Source of the DNA: Takakia lepidozioides
Lineage: Eukaryota; Plantae; Bryophyta
Assembly (NCBI GenBank): GCA_030704615.1
Contig: CM060733.1
Span: 68,696,001-68,760,000 of the forward strand
DNA length: 64,000 nucleotides
Direction: 5' to 3'
Position numbers and translations under genes: made by a program. The notes beneath the pieces were generated by a model. That model was given only the letters and a program-made list of their open reading frames with translations, searched no databases and had not been told where the DNA came from. Positions 12,101 to 25,111 of this stretch are shown here, piece by piece (the stretch's first letter is position 1; each line of letters opens with the position of its first letter).

Positions 12101-15092
12101 AAGAAGTTTAACCATGTCTTGCCCCAGGAATGCTTTAGCCCAACAGGTAGTGAATGTCAGCATAGCAAGCTGAACTCATTTTCCTTGTGTTTTTATGCTA
12201 ATCAAGGGCTGCTATTGTCCTCTAATTTGAGTATCCATGAGGTTACATCATTACTTTCACCTGAGGCTTAAGGATTTAGGTGCTTCCTCTCTGTATGGAC
12301 CTTGCAGATTAGTATAATATCCTATAGTGAATCTGCAAGCTGGCTGCAGGCAGCAGCTGAACAGGTGGCAGCTGCTTGTTGGCGAGCAGCTGATGTGGAT
12401 ATACTGGTGGAGATGCTGACCATCCTAACCTTGAGAATAGAGGCCCAGCGAGTGTTTGAACATGCAATTGCCCGGGGGGCGTTTGGGGAACAATCAGTTG
12501 TTCTGGTGCTCGAGAGACGGCGTTCACAAAGGCTGCTTGTGGGTTCCCGCTTGGGAACTGCTTCAGGTGCGACGATCATCCAAGACCCCTTGACCAATGC
12601 CTCAGGTGGAGATATCAAATTTTCTCTTTCTCCTGAGGATAATGATGATGATTTCCCAACTGTGCTTCAGCTAGCAGAGGCGTTGGGTCTATCCCACAAC
12701 CTCCGGGTCCGCGAGTTTGTATCTACACTGTATGCTGTTATGTTCAAGGTTTACGGGGAGGAAGGATACCGTGAGCGCATGCTTCAGGGCCTGGTTGAGC
12801 GTGCAACTAGCAGTACAAGTGGGCCACATGAAGTAGAATTGGGGATGGATATCCTCACATTCCTGGTGCGTGAAGAGGAAGGAACGACCCGCCCTGTACT
12901 AAGCATGATGCGTGACGTAGCTGAGGCAGCCAATTCTGAGCGGAATGTGCTGTGGCAGCAGTTGCGGTCAACAGAAGATGACGTTGCCCGCACCCGCAAT
13001 GAGCGGCAAGCAGAGGTGTCCAGGCTGTCGCGAGAGAAGGCCATGCTCTCACAGCGGCTGGCTGATGCTGACATCTTGCAAAGCCGTTTGAAGGTGGTGA
13101 ATTAATGTCAAGTTTGAAATAATGTAGGTGTTGCATGTTTGAAAGTGAAATATGAGCAGTCTGTGCTAGATTATTTGTATTACTCATAGTAGATAATATT
13201 GATGTTGATTCCATTCTTCATGTCAGATCAAAATCATTTGGAAAACGTCAAACAACATAATTAGACCATAGCTTGATCTGCAATCTCCCTAAGTGTCACC
13301 CTGCCCAAGGTGGGTTGGCAGTTTGATAGTCAATCTCTGAAAACAACACCCTCCCAAAGCCCAATCAGCTCATTTCAAAGTGCAGGTGATATTCAAGATT
13401 GGTAAAGTCAACCTTCCTTTGTCTTGGACCATTTGGTTTGCCAGATATGAGGCTTGATATCGTATGAAGCTTGTGCCTAACATCATCTTTGAAAGCTCCT
13501 GTTTTAGGGAGAAATGAAGGTTGAGGTTGACCGACTAGGGCGCGAGAAGAAAGATGTGGCAGAGCGTCTGCGGGAGGCAGAGAACCAGCTGGAATGGGTT
13601 CGCTCTGAGCGTGATGAGGAGATAGGGAAGCTGGTGGGGGAGAAGAAAGTGCTTCAAGAGCGTCTCAGAGACTCCGACTCCCAGCTGTCTCAGCTCAAGT
13701 CTCGCAAGCGTGATGAGCTCAAGGTATGGTTCCTACTTCAAAGATGTATTAGTCTAAAATTCACCAGGAATGTGACACCGTAGTTCCCTTGGGCTTACTC
13801 ACCTTGCCTGAACAAGTTGTTGGGCTTGTCCAAGTATGGAGCTGACGAATAGTTGCAACTGCGCTTGCATGCAGTTGTGAGTAGTTCAGTGTAACAGAGT
13901 TAGTGCTATTCAGCGGCTAGAATTAACATCATATCTCCTACAAGTGCATTGCAAAAGTCACTGCTGTATTAAGGGTCCTTAGGTGATTTCTTCTGTAATT
14001 CAATTGGTCCCTGGGGATGAAACACACAGAATATCTGTCTTGTACATGCTACAGTTGTATATCCATGATGTGGCAACGCATGCTTTTTGATAGGACGGTC
14101 ATTCATGTCTGTGCAATAGGTTTATCTTTAACTTGCCGGGCAATCTCAATCCAAGATACTGGAAGTTGACTAAAACATGCATTGTTAACCCACAGAGGGT
14201 GATGAAGGAAAAGAATGTGCTGGCGGAGAGGTTGAAGAATGCTGAGTTGGCACGCAAGCGATTTGATGAGGACATCAAGCGCTATGCCAATGAGTTGGTT
14301 ACCCGAGAAGAGATCCGGCAATCCCTTGAAGATGAGGTTCGCCGGCTCAACCAGACAGTCGGACAAACTGAGGGCGGGCTGAGGGAGAAGGAGGAACAGG
14401 TCATGCGCTGTGAAGCTTATATTGATGGTATGGAGGCGAAGCTACATGCATGCCAGGTTCCACCCTCACTTTGTACCCGACTGTGGGCCTGTATGCTCTC
14501 CATTAGTGAAAGAGCTCTGATAGTTTATGTTCTTTCATACAACCAAGCCACCTCTCACTGCATCATAAATTGAATGTTGTATGTCTCTCACATTTAGAAG
14601 ACATACGTAATCAACATGTCCTTTCATCAAATGAGTTATGTTTCTTCAGTCTGGTGTAGTTCTGGACAGTGTGAGCTGAAATTTTCAGCGAGGTTATTTT
14701 GATATCTTTGTCTTTGTTGTCGTGGCTGTGGGTGTCAGAACTACATCCAAACTCTGGAGGCCTCCCTGCAAGAAGAGATGTCGCGGCATGCCCCGCTCTA
14801 TGGGGCTGGTCTGGAATCTCTCTCCTTAAGTGAACTGGAAACGTTAGCGCGAATACATGATGAGGGCCTAAGGTCCGTCCGCACACTCCAACAAAGACAG
14901 GGAGGGACAGCAGAGCTTGTGGTCGTCAATATGGATGCCATAGCCAACCATTCTCCACCCCCACCTCCGTTAGGCCTCTATGGGACTCCGCCTCCCATGG
15001 CTGTGGCGATGCCTTCCATCATGGCTAACGTGAGTGTGCACGGTAATGGACATTTAAATGGGACAGTAGGCCCTTGGTACCCTTCTACTTGA
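1..15092 (+). CDS. MATH/TRAF-domain coiled-coil protein (At2g25320-like), 3' part; 5' end outside window
   Basis: Hand-spliced GT-AG exons with consistent phases: 1-147, 1971-2272, 2791-3034, 3795-4096, 4464-4742, 5044-5322, 5585-5746, 5987-6211, 12350-13093, 13508-13723, 14196-14456, 14739-15092 (TGA). Encodes FTWRVENFLAFKEIMETRKIFSKFFQAGGCELRI|GVYESFDTLCIYLESDQ (MATH), LRVYLDDPAKVKRLLLP, KWPEQSDELLGLIVNSL and a C-terminal coiled coil ending SLQEEMSRHAPLYGAGLE. No stops seen in the spliced frame. Confidence 0.93.
1971..2272 (+). CDS. MATH gene exon (MATH domain core)
   Basis: CAG acceptor at 1970, GTAAGA donor at 2273; VYESFDTLCIYLES...WFEFSDLE. Confidence 0.92.
6245..7106 (+). mobile_element. 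5'-truncated RTE-X-like LINE (3' end with CCHC Zn motif)
   Basis: ORF has CNCPLCGQPEDNSHFLIHCPGY and the copy ends ...TATGAGTACAT. 13-bp TSD TCTCTCCGTCTTC at 6232-6244 and 7107-7119, at the end of a (CT)n tract. Confidence 0.85.
7630..10460 (+). mobile_element. Degenerate RTE-X-like LINE (endonuclease C-terminus, RT, CCHC, (CT)n tail)
   Basis: Frameshifted ORF2 pieces: SDHFLVW, WWTNEIK, NYRGITLL, FLDVKMAYDTVWRDGLW, QGCTLSPLLFNVFI, LMFADD. Ends ATGAGTACATT(CT)n at 10435-10460. Clade assignment is by motif resemblance only. Confidence 0.8.
10476..11770 (+). mobile_element. Stack of short 3' fragments of the same LINE family
   Basis: Copy 10476-11072 (TSD TCTCTTCCG); 29-bp copy 11090-11118 (17-bp TSD); older copies ending at 11624 and ~11770. 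All share the GGCTACGGCAAACAACGTCTTATGAGTACATT-like terminus. Confidence 0.8.
12350..13093 (+). CDS. MATH gene exon downstream of LINE-filled intron
   Basis: CAG acceptor at 12349, GT donor at 13094; AAAEQVAAACWRAADVDILVEML...SRLK, in phase with the exon ending at 6211. Confidence 0.85.
14739..15092 (+). CDS. MATH gene terminal exon
   Basis: CAG acceptor at 14738; NYIQTLEASLQEEMSRHAPLYGAGLE...GPWYPST*. Confidence 0.9.
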   Translation, partial: NYIQTLEASLQEEMSRHAPLYGAGLESLSLSELETLARIHDEGLRSVRTLQQRQGGTAELVVVNMDAIANHSPPPPPLGLYGTPPPMAVAMPSIMANVSVHGNGHLNGTVGPWYPST

Positions 15093-15679
15093 CTTTCTCT
15101 CTACCTCTGGACCTTACTTCAGGTTCTCCGTCGTGCTTGTTATTTACGGCATGGATGAAAGCATTTATTCTCAAAGAAGACTAGTCCTTGTTTGGGGTTG
15201 GCAACTTTCCCGACCCTATCTCTACTTAAGTTGTTTTTACGTCATGGGTCAACAGATGCAAGAATGATAAAGATGATTACTGGAACACCACCCTAAGATT
15301 GTCACACACTTTTTGTCCGGGAAGATAGAGAATTAGATTTTGCCTCCCTACCATCTCTCATGATTTGTAAATTCGGATTCAAAATGATACTTCCGAAGCC
15401 TCTTCGAATTCAAAGACCTGCTTATTATTCCTTTTGCTATTTTGAGCCGCACAATGACCTCCTCATTACAAGACTTACAAATGGATTGTGTTATTGCCCT
15501 GGACAGAAGATGGAACCGCTGGTTAGTATAGACGATTCCCTGGTCAAAAGATTGAACATAACAATGTTCCAAGGCAGTGGGAAAAAAAATTAGCAGCTGG
15601 TTAGGGCACCTTTCCATGTGACTCCCTCCCCTTGAAGTCATATGCAATGGCACAGGTCAAAAACATCTTGCCAAGTGAC

Positions 15680-15908
15680 GCTGGTACCCATTCCGGGTGC
15701 AAAAAGCAGACCTGGGGCTCAAGGGGTCAGAGGCAGCTCTAGGGTAGAAGCACCCTTCATGGCGCACGAAGTTGGGTAAACTTTTTGCTCAAGTGCGCTG
15801 GTACCCATTCAGGGTGCAAAAAGCAGACCTGGGGCTCAAGGTGTCAGAGGCAGCTCTAGGGTAGAAGCACCCTTCATGGCGCACGAAGTTGGGTAAACTT
15901 TTTGCTCA
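15680..15908. repeat. ~117-bp tandem duplication
   Basis: GCTGGTACCCATTC...AAACTTTTTGCTCA at 15680-15791 and 15797-15908, nearly identical. Confidence 0.85.
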
Positions 15909-16549
15909 CGTGCTCGCGTGAGCAGAAGACAAAATGCCCGAAATTTCATGAATATGTCTGAAAAGATGCTGTGGCGAAACTAAAATTGGAAATTTGTGCT
16001 CCTAGGGACAAAATCGTCCGCACGCGAGCAGACTTGTACTCACGTGAGCACAAGCCACGTTAGGGTGACCCCTATTTCCGCGGGTTAGTTACCCTATCAC
16101 CAAACACAATACATATTGTTTCGCCCACGAAACCATAGGATAATAACCTACGCAGCGATGCCTGGATTCGCTGGCAAAATCCACTATTTCGCTGGAGATA
16201 CCCGATACCTTGATTTATTTCGTTAATGAAACCCGGTGTTTGCCTCATTGTATTAAATTGTTCAACTATTGTTTGATATTTGTGTGTTTTGGATGGTGTT
16301 GGTTATTGTGACTTTGTTTTTCTCTAACGTGTTATTCTTTTGTAGAATACCAAAGCTGTAGATATATGGAACTTGGAGCTTGTAGATATACATGGGTGTC
16401 TATTTCGCATTAAGGTTTTGGAGTTTTGAAAACATATAGCTCCTATGACCGCGGTTAAAAACATAAAACCCCCATGACCGTGGGTTTGTGCTCACGCCAT
16501 TTGTGCTCACCGGTGTGCTCACGTTCTACCAACCCCCCTTTTTAAGGAG

Positions 16550-16722
16550 CCCTGGGTCCAAGTAGGGGTATTTTTTTGGAGCCTAGTTCGGGTCCGGATC
16601 CGGGTTTTTGAAATTTGAAAAGTCCGGGTTCGGGTCCAGGTTTCTCAACATGGACTCGGGTCCGGGTCCGGGTAGTTGTTGGAAAATATTAGCGGGTTCA
16701 GGGGTTCGGATCCGGGTCCTAG
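16550..16722. repeat. CGGGTC/GGGTCC motif cluster, probable DNA-transposon subterminal repeats
   Basis: Many GGGTCC/CGGGTT motifs. A matching cluster lies at 25200-25305 on the other side of the L1. Confidence 0.5.
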
Positions 16723-17211
16723 TTAATTTATTAAATAAGTTAGAAAAATAAGATTAATTAGGGATATATATATATATATATATGCAAACAGGGGGTTATA
16801 TCCCTGATATATTTATTATAAATTATTTGATGGGGAAAAAATTAAACCCCGGTTACACCATGAGGTACACACTGTGATTAGTGTAGTTCGAGCCAACCTC
16901 TCAGAACGGAGATAAAGTCTAGGATACGAAAATAACTCCTATCTGACTCTACAGTAAATGCAAAAAAAGCAAAGATTGTTTCTACGAACCAAACACCCAC
17001 TCTGTGGGCTAATCCAGGAGACCAAAAAACCGGGCACACTGCCCTAGACCTGAAACGAAGCTTAGGAGAGACAAGTGTCTTGTTGGACTTTCTAAGACTG
17101 TCGAAAAGGGCAGGGGAGGAGTGGCGATGAGAGTAAATAGTCCATTGACCTTCTCCACGATAGAGATTGCAATCTATCTGTAGTGCAGCTTGGAAGCTGT
17201 CGAGGAGGGCT

Positions 17212-20200
17212 TCAGATGCTTCCAGTTAATGTCCCTTTCAAATTCGGGGGAAAGAGTGTAGCGGCGAATGGAGATCTCGCCAGGCTGCTGGGGGGAGATC
17301 GTTCCAGTAACACAGGGCTGCTGCATATGATCCCCTGTCTACCCCAGGTGTGCTGAAAGTTCCTGTGGATGGCCTCCGCGTTCCTGGCATCCCGCTGTAT
17401 GACTGCACATATTTTGGCCCACGCCTTCCTAGCTTCAGTTTGTAAGTCAAGAAATACAGTAGTCAGGAGGGCAGATATGGAAGTGGTCTCTCCTAGAAAG
17501 GTATTCTTGCACCTTAGTTTCCATAGATGCCACAAAGCTGATGCTCTTAAGGTTTCAAAAACAGGACAGTTAATGGCTCTGTTTTTAGTGGTTGGATCAT
17601 AGTTTAAGAGAATGATTGTGTCTGAAAGAGAAGAGGGGTTCCAGTTCTGATAGAAGGCTTTGATATGGGGCCAAATCCTTGCTGGGGCTTGGCATGAAAG
17701 GAGGCAATGTTCTATCGATTCGATTATTGCAGTAGAACAGCAAGCACATAAAACAGAACCCTGAAACTGTAGCCATTCCCCAACTTTGAGAACCCTATTT
17801 ACTAACTGCCATAGAAAGGATGCAATCTTTGAAGGGCGGGATTTAATCCAAACTGAACCCCAAATAGTCTTCCAGTTTTCATCACAGAAGTTGTACAATC
17901 CCCATTTGGCTTCCCATTTCTTGTTCATAGGTTGAGACACAGATAAAGCTTTGTATCCCTTCTTAGTTGTGTATGCAAAGAAGGGTTCTGGAGCATTATT
18001 GAATTTCCAGGACCATTCTTGGGGGTCAATGTCCATCTCTGCGAGAGGTCTACCTAGAATCCATACAAAGGTGTTAGAAAGAAGCCAGGACCTGGTTGTG
18101 GTTGTAAGGGGTGGTATAGGATCCATGGCTTTATCTGGGGCTGTCCAGCAACAGATTCTCACCGGCGTTAGAGTCATGAGATTGAAGTGAACTGGGTTTG
18201 GGTTTGTAAGTGTAAGCCTAAGAGAGAAAGAGTCAATAGAGAAGGTGTATACTGACATATCATTCTGACTGAGTTCATCTACAAACAGGATGGTAAGCTT
18301 ATTTTGCAGAATGACTAAAGCCCATGAGTTGGGAGTTGGCTACGGAGGGCCAAGTGCCAGGGTGGCCAGCCACTGTGGTGGGATAGTTTGAATAATATCC
18401 TGGTATCCCTTGGATGCACGGGGCCTTCCCACAAACAGGGCCATCGCCTCTTGAGAGATTAGACTATCTCCCGACCATATGTTATGAATCAAACTGACCC
18501 CGAGGCAGTCCCATTTGGACCATCTCATAGCCTGGTTTTTCTGAGGAGCAGTTAGAGGTATGTCATTGAGAAACAGATGTTGTCTTTTGATTTCATAGAA
18601 GTTGCTTGACTGGGCTTTTGTGAGCAGTTTTCTGAGCCTTCCCCAGGCCAACCAGATATTGGACCATAGAGATGAGCTCACAGATTTATGGTTGAAGCCT
18701 TGAGTGATCCAGCGCAATGATGGGGTCCAAGGGGTGTTTTTGAGTGGCGAGGAATTGGCAATGTGGTCGTAGACCAAAAATTTCCAGCATCCTCCTTCTG
18801 GTCCAAGAAAGCGCGGTATCCATTTTCCAAGGAGGGCTACTATCTGTAGTTCAGGGTCGAGCACCCCCAGCCCTCCTTTTTTTTTGGTAAACAGATCTGA
18901 ATCCAAGCTACCTGTGGTCTCTTGTTGTGAATGGAGCATTCTGCTCCCTATATGAAGTTCCGGAGGAGACGTCTGATTACTTGCATCTGTTTAGAGTTAG
19001 GGCGCCATGAGGTGGCATAGTACCATAGACCAGCTGAATGAATCTGATTCACCACTAAGGCTCTACCAACGAGAGAGAGATGTTTTGACCCCCAGTAGGT
19101 CAATTTTCCCTTTAGTTTGGATAATGTGGAGGCAAAGATTTGCTGGTCTGAGAGGTTAATACCAAAGGTATATCCTAACAAGGTGGTTGTTTCGCCAGGT
19201 TGGAGCCAACTGAGACCCTGATCCACCCCCCAAGAGGGTGGTGAGCCCATAGTGGAAGCCGTTAGGTCACCAACGAGCAAGCCTGAAGTTTTGTTCCAAT
19301 TAATTTTGAATCCCGAGGCTTTGCAAAAGGTACGCAGAGTATGTCTTGCTTGGTCCAAGTTTTCTGACTTTGCTTGCAGCATTAAAAAAGTGTCATCCAC
19401 GAACATAGAGTCAGTCAGGTAGGTGTATTGGCCCGTTATATAGTTTGAGACTCTAAGGCCTATTATGAATTGGTTTTGCTGCATATACCCAAGGGTATCT
19501 GCCACTACCAGAAACAGAAAGGGTGAGAGGGGACATCCCTGTCTAACCGATCGCTGAAGAGGGAAGGAAGAAGACAAGTGGCCATTAACAGTAACCCTAC
19601 TGGATGAAGAAGTAAGAAGAATCTTGACCCACTTACAAAAAGAATGAGGGAAGCCAAATTTTACCAAGGCTGCAAGCAAGTAAGACCATTCCACCCGATC
19701 GAAAGCCTTTTCAAAATCCAAGAGAAGAAGGGCAATGGCCTGATTGGTCCTTAGGGCATAGTCTGGGATTTCATGTGCAAGGAGGAGGTTGTCCAGAATA
19801 TACCGTCCTTTAATCAATCCTGTTTGGTTGGGTCAAATAATGAATGGAAGAAGAGGTTGAAGTCTAAGGGCGAGAGCCTTTGCAATGATTTTGTAGGATT
19901 CAGAAGGGTTATAGGGCGGTAATTCGAAATATTCATTTTGTCCCCCTTTTTGTACAGCAAGGTAATTACCCCTTGATCCATTGAAGGTGGCATCTGACCT
20001 TGCTGAAACAGATGGTTGGCCATAGCTGTAAAATCCCCTGAAATCTCTGGCCACAATGCTTTATAAAATTCAACAGAAATGCCATCTATACCAGGCGATT
20101 TGTTGTTCTGCATCTTAGATAGAGCTTCTTCTAGTTCTAGGTCAGAGAAGTCTCCCTCAAGCTGCGCGGCGTATTCGGGAGAAAGCATGGTAGGAGTGTG

Positions 20201-21552
20201 AATCAGACAAGCTGTCTGGTCATTAGAAGGATCTAGGGAGATGCTGTCATTGTGAAAAAGGTGCTGGAAATGGTCCCCAGCATGGGCTGCCATCGATTTA
20301 GGGGTTGTGTTTGAGATCCCAGATGGCTGGGCAACAAGTTCAGAGATGGTCTGTGAAGCTCTTCTCAATCTGGTCTTGTCAAAGAAGTATTTTGTCATCT
20401 TTTCCCCTTTTGTTGACCAGTTAACCCCCGCCTGTAGCTTCCACTTTTTTTCCTGGATTTTATGGTGAATGTCAAGATAGTTCCTGGCTTGGATATAAGT
20501 TTTGTAAGTATCTTCATTGCAACGACTGGATTCCAAAGCAGATTGGCATACTTTGAGGCATTTAGATAATGCCCTAACCTTTCTCTTTCGGATGAGTGCT
20601 AATTCTCGGCTCATTTTTTGGCTTTCTGTATTGACCGCTTTTAGCCTGGCCAGGAAAAGCTCAGTTGTATTTAGGTCTGGGTTTCCAGCCTGAGACCAAG
20701 CCTGCAAAAGACCTTGTTTGAAGGAGGGTAATTTGAGGAGGAGATTATTCAGCTTGTAGAGGCCTCTGCCCCGTTGGCATGAATGAAGGATTGAGATAGA
20801 AAGGGTAATTGGTGCGTGGTCAAATCCCAAGGGAATGGGTTCCTGCGGGGCTCTTTTAGAGAATTGTACCAATTTGAGGGAAAGGTAAGCTCTGTCAAGA
20901 CGAGCCATACTAAGGTCGGTGAGGGTTCTATTGTTGGTCCATGTAAAGGTGATATTGGATGATTGACCGAAAATAGGTGCTGCCTCCTTAAGACTATGTG
21001 TTTGAGCGCAATTGAACCATTGGTCCATTTCCTCTGGATTTGGGGTGAAGGTTCCAGCCCCTCGCCTATCCTCCTGGACTTCAACCATATTAAGATCACC
21101 TGCTACAATCCAGCTGTCTATGTTTAGTTGATCTTTCATTTTTGCATTAGAAGTCTCCAAAAATCTGACCTTTCTGCAGATGAGTTTGGTGCGTAAATGT
21201 TCACTAATCCAATCGAGCCAGCTGCGTTGGGTAGGGTTATTGTGCAAAATTGCAATGTGCCAGGTATCTAGATATCTTCTGCTGCGAGAAAGGGTTGTAA
21301 AGAGGGGGATAATAATATCGCCGTCCCTCCCTTGGTGCCTGAAGAGGTTGGTTTCCAAAGAGAGTTTGTTAAAGGCCATAGATAGTCTGAAAGGTTGTCT
21401 ATTTTGGTCTGGTCTAGCTTGTGTTCCTGTAGAAAAATTATAGAGTCACCGGAGAGGAAGGGAGCCATCCAAGTTTTGATTCTCAGCCTTTTGAGAGATG
21501 AAGGGTCTGATCCAAGGCCACTGATGTTCCAGGAGTGAAGGTTAAAGGTCAT
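17212..21552 (-). pseudogene. L1 ORF2 (endonuclease-reverse transcriptase-zf-RVT), frameshifted
   Basis: Segments 21552-21268, 21379-19814, 19817-18948, 18939-18340 and 18258-17212 carry successive ORF2 motifs in different frames. Confidence 0.9.
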
Positions 21553-24269
21553 TGGTAGGGTATGGAGGGCCTGGACTGGAAACCAGGTTTGATAGCCCTT
21601 TGGTATGATATACGAATTTTACCCTATGATCCTTAGGTCGCATTGAGTTGACCCAAATGAAGTTGTTCGGGTGTTTGCGGGTTTTGTTGTGGATGGTTAT
21701 GAATACACCCCTAGCTCTGCATGGATATTGGATGTCTGGTATTGGTTGAAACTGCTCCTTTGAAACAGTGGAAATAGTAACAGTCTGGGTAGTTACTCCA
21801 GCCGGGAAAAAAACAGCTAAAAACAGGTGCTGGAGCTCTGGATATCTTTGGAGAAGAGAACCATCCGAAGGAAGATTTCCAGAGGGAATGCTGTCAGGCA
21901 AATTGCATGCCGGTAGGATGTGTCTCCTATCCTTATTTTGGCTGAGATGCTTACTTTTACGACACAAAATCCAACATTTGTTAGTATTTCCTGATTGCAG
22001 CTGGTAAATGAAACAGGGTGAGGGTGAGACGGGCACCTGAATAGGGGAGGGTAGAGGGGTAGGTGTTAAAACCCTTGGTGGAGAGGTGACTTGCGAGCTG
22101 GCCTGGGAGATGAGTTGAGTGGAGACCGGTATTGGTGGAGGCGATATTTGCAGACTTTCGACGGCACGGTTGAAATTGCTGCTTTCCTCCTAAGTTGAGG
22201 TATTTGTTGATTCCTCCTGAGAGTCCGAGGACTTGTTTGGGGATCCGAATAGCTTGTTCTTGTTGATGTGCTCCCTGGTTCTTTGAATTTCCATTCTGTA
22301 ATTGTCGTGGTCAACCTCGGAACCCAGGTGAGCTTCAAGCAGCTGGAATCCACTGACTAATGTGTCCTGATTGCCTCTGTTGGCGGCGGTGCAGAGTAGA
22401 TTTCTGCATCCTCTACAAGGGCAAGAATATGGGTTGAAGGTTTGACACTTAGCCCTGGGTGTTCCTCCAAATATGCTCCCCACGAGATTTTTGTAAATGG
22501 TGAAAGCGAATAGTGGGGCTGCGACTTGTGGAAGAACTCCTGAATTTTGTATTTGAACAATATCTCAGGGCTACTGTTGGGAGGGTTTGATTGCAGGAAG
22601 TGTTTGATGTCTGCAGTAGTAATCCACAGTGATTCCACACATTCGAAATCATCTAATGTGATTAGAATAGCTGGGGGTATACTTTTCCGGAATATGAGAG
22701 GAGTGACGCAGGAAGCCTTTGGTATTTCAACCCATCTCCAATGCTGAGCAACCCTTGAGATCCAGGTGAGGGAATGAGCAGGTTTGGAGACTGGCATTGG
22801 CAAAGGTGGAGTTGCATGCGATGCCGGTGGTGATTTTAGAAAAAGAGTTGCTAGTTGGAAGTGTCAATCTGACTGATCTCAGCTACTGTCCATCCTGTAC
22901 TTTTGTCTTTCTTTTTGCGGTAGCCACCAATTGTTGATGTTCATTCTGCTTTGCCTTCCCTTTGGAAATAAAACCCTCCGTATGATGATGAGCCAGTAAT
23001 TCTGCCTGCATAGGATCCCTGCTACTATCTCCTTTGGCAGTATTATGTTTTGGACAGGATCTGAGTTGCAAAGGATCGTTGGGAACCTTTTGAAGGGCCT
23101 GGGCAGCATGAGCGTTTGGTGGAAGCATGGAGCCTACGGTGGGGTTGCTCATTTCCTGCCTTTGATTCGCATCCGCTGTTGAGGGTACCCCTTGTTTCTG
23201 CCGCTGAAGGTTGAAGGGGACAAAGGGTTGATGTCGCTTGCGTTTGGCTGTGGGCCAGTCAATTTTAAAGTGGCCAAGCTGGCCACAGTTGAAGCATGCT
23301 GCATAGGTAGTGTCTTCTATGAGCTGAATCGTGAAATAATTGCCATCTTCATCTATTGGCAATTTCACAAATTGCGGCAGAACATCCTCATCTGGCATCA
23401 TCAAAACGAACTTGGCACATCAAGTCTCATGAAGGCGTGATGCAATAGTCACTGATCTCCATGCTGGGTCCTGCCTTAAGTTTTGTGTACACATTTGGGG
23501 ATCAAATACTGCCAAACATCCAAGGTATGATCCAAAATGATTCGCAATGTCCGCCAAGTTAACCAGATATTGATCTGGGATGTAAGGAACAGAGACAATG
23601 CGTGGGCCCCAAAGTTTACCATTCCTGTTTCACATCTTGGATGACCAAGGGAATATGTTGACATTGTATCCCTTTAAGTGAGGGTTGAAAGGCAAGGCCT
23701 GGTTTGCTGCTTCTTGGGTTTCAAACAGGATTGAAAAGAAACCTCGACCCTTCTCATGGCAAAACTGTTGACGCAGTTCTCCAGGGCCGCCAAGATGTTT
23801 GATAGCCCAATCTCTAACAATGGCTCTATCCACTTTTGTCCCTGGAAAGTGAATGAGGATGCCAGACTCCTCCATGGTTGTAACTCTTTTTTGTAAATCT
23901 AGGATGTTCATATTGATCATTGGATAGTCCCTATCCAAGTCAACTTGATTGAGAATGTTTTCTTCCACCCATTGTGCAGGTGGTGTTTCCAAAATGGGCA
24001 GGTTTGAGCAGTTTGGAACTGTTGGAGGTGAATCCAGCCTGGGAAATTTAAGGAAGGGTTGGGGAGGAGAGAGAGGACTGAAGTGGAAAAGGGGGGGGGG
24101 GGGGGGGGTTCCTTACAGACCCGTTGGTCGTAGCAATCCTGGAACGCTCTTGATGTGCGAGGTAGAAGCCTGTCCCAGATGAGATGTTGGGTCTTCTCTG
24201 TCCATTCTGGAAACTCCTTCGAGCCTCCTTTGATTCCCTGCTGCGGAACTGATTGTTCCCAGGAGCCAT
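21542..24269 (-). pseudogene. L1 ORF1 (RRM/DUF4283-like plus CCHC, long C-terminal extension), disrupted
   Basis: EKGRGFFSILFETQEAANQAL and a CxxCxxxGH knuckle; its stop overlaps the ORF2 ATG (ATGACCTTTAA). Confidence 0.75.
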
Positions 24270-24959
24270 TGCACTAATCAAACAAGGAAGAACACTGTAA
24301 CACTGGAAAAAACCACTGATGAAGTGGGGTTCGAAGAACTAACGCGAGGAATAGGGGAGAAAAGCGGGAAAGGTCTTTGAGAAGGTGACCTCCTTGAGTT
24401 AGAGACGGCGCTGTCAGATTAGGGATGATGCGTGAAAAAACTTAAAAAGTATATCAATGGAAATCTGTGCATGGGGTGGAGATGCATAATGTGATCTGCA
24501 GTAGCTACGGAGTTGAGCAGGGCCAGAAACAAGCTCCGGAAAGGGCGAGACGACCGTTGGGAGTCGTCTCGCAGCTCCGCCATCACCTTCAGTCCAGTGA
24601 TAAATTTATTTTTGGCTGAAATAAATTAAATCCTAATAATGAATTTTATTTTAAGACACATTCCTTCAAAATATACCATGAATATGTATTGCTCATTTAA
24701 CACATGAATTAAAATAGAAATTGAATTCCATTCTTCAATATCAATTCTGAAACATGGTTCTCTCTTCTCTCCTTGATATGGTTTCTTTTGTTCCTCCCTC
24801 ACCGTTAGGTGTGCATGCTTTATGGCCCCTCAGGTTTATTTTTTCCCCAGCAATAAAATATCGGGGCTTCATCCCCTTTATCGAGGGAAAAAAAAAACCA
24901 TGTTAACAATAGTAATATGCCTCAAGGCTCATAGATCACTATAGCATGGAGCCACCCTC

Positions 24960-25111
24960 ATAATAATAATATATGACGCCTCCTTCTGGAGGCATAAATT
25001 ATGGTGTCACTCGACCCCCAAGGGCACAACTTTGTGACACCAACCCGTGGATTGAACCCACAACCACTTTTGAGGTGGTATGTGGCCATTACCATTGGGC
25101 TACAACTTGGT
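24960..25111 (-). mobile_element. tRNA-derived SINE-like element
   Basis: Minus strand has A-box-like GTAGCCCAATGG, B-box-like GGGTTCAATCC and pairing acceptor-stem ends (ACCAAG...TTGGT), then a short body and (ATT)n tail. Confidence 0.55.

Larger units (their letters stand above)
16766..24417 (-). mobile_element. Full-length but mutated L1-clade LINE
   Basis: ORF1 ~24269-21542 (DUF4283-like region, CFNCGQLGHFKIDW knuckle). ORF2 21552-17212: EN (SWNISGL, FLQEHK, GDLN, RLDR, FDH), RT (LDFEKAFDRVEW, VRQGCPLSPFLF, FVDD) and zf-RVT (CACC...ESIEHCLLSC). (TA)n 3' tail at 16766-16782; TSD ATTAGGGAT at 16757-16765 and 24418-24426. Confidence 0.9.
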
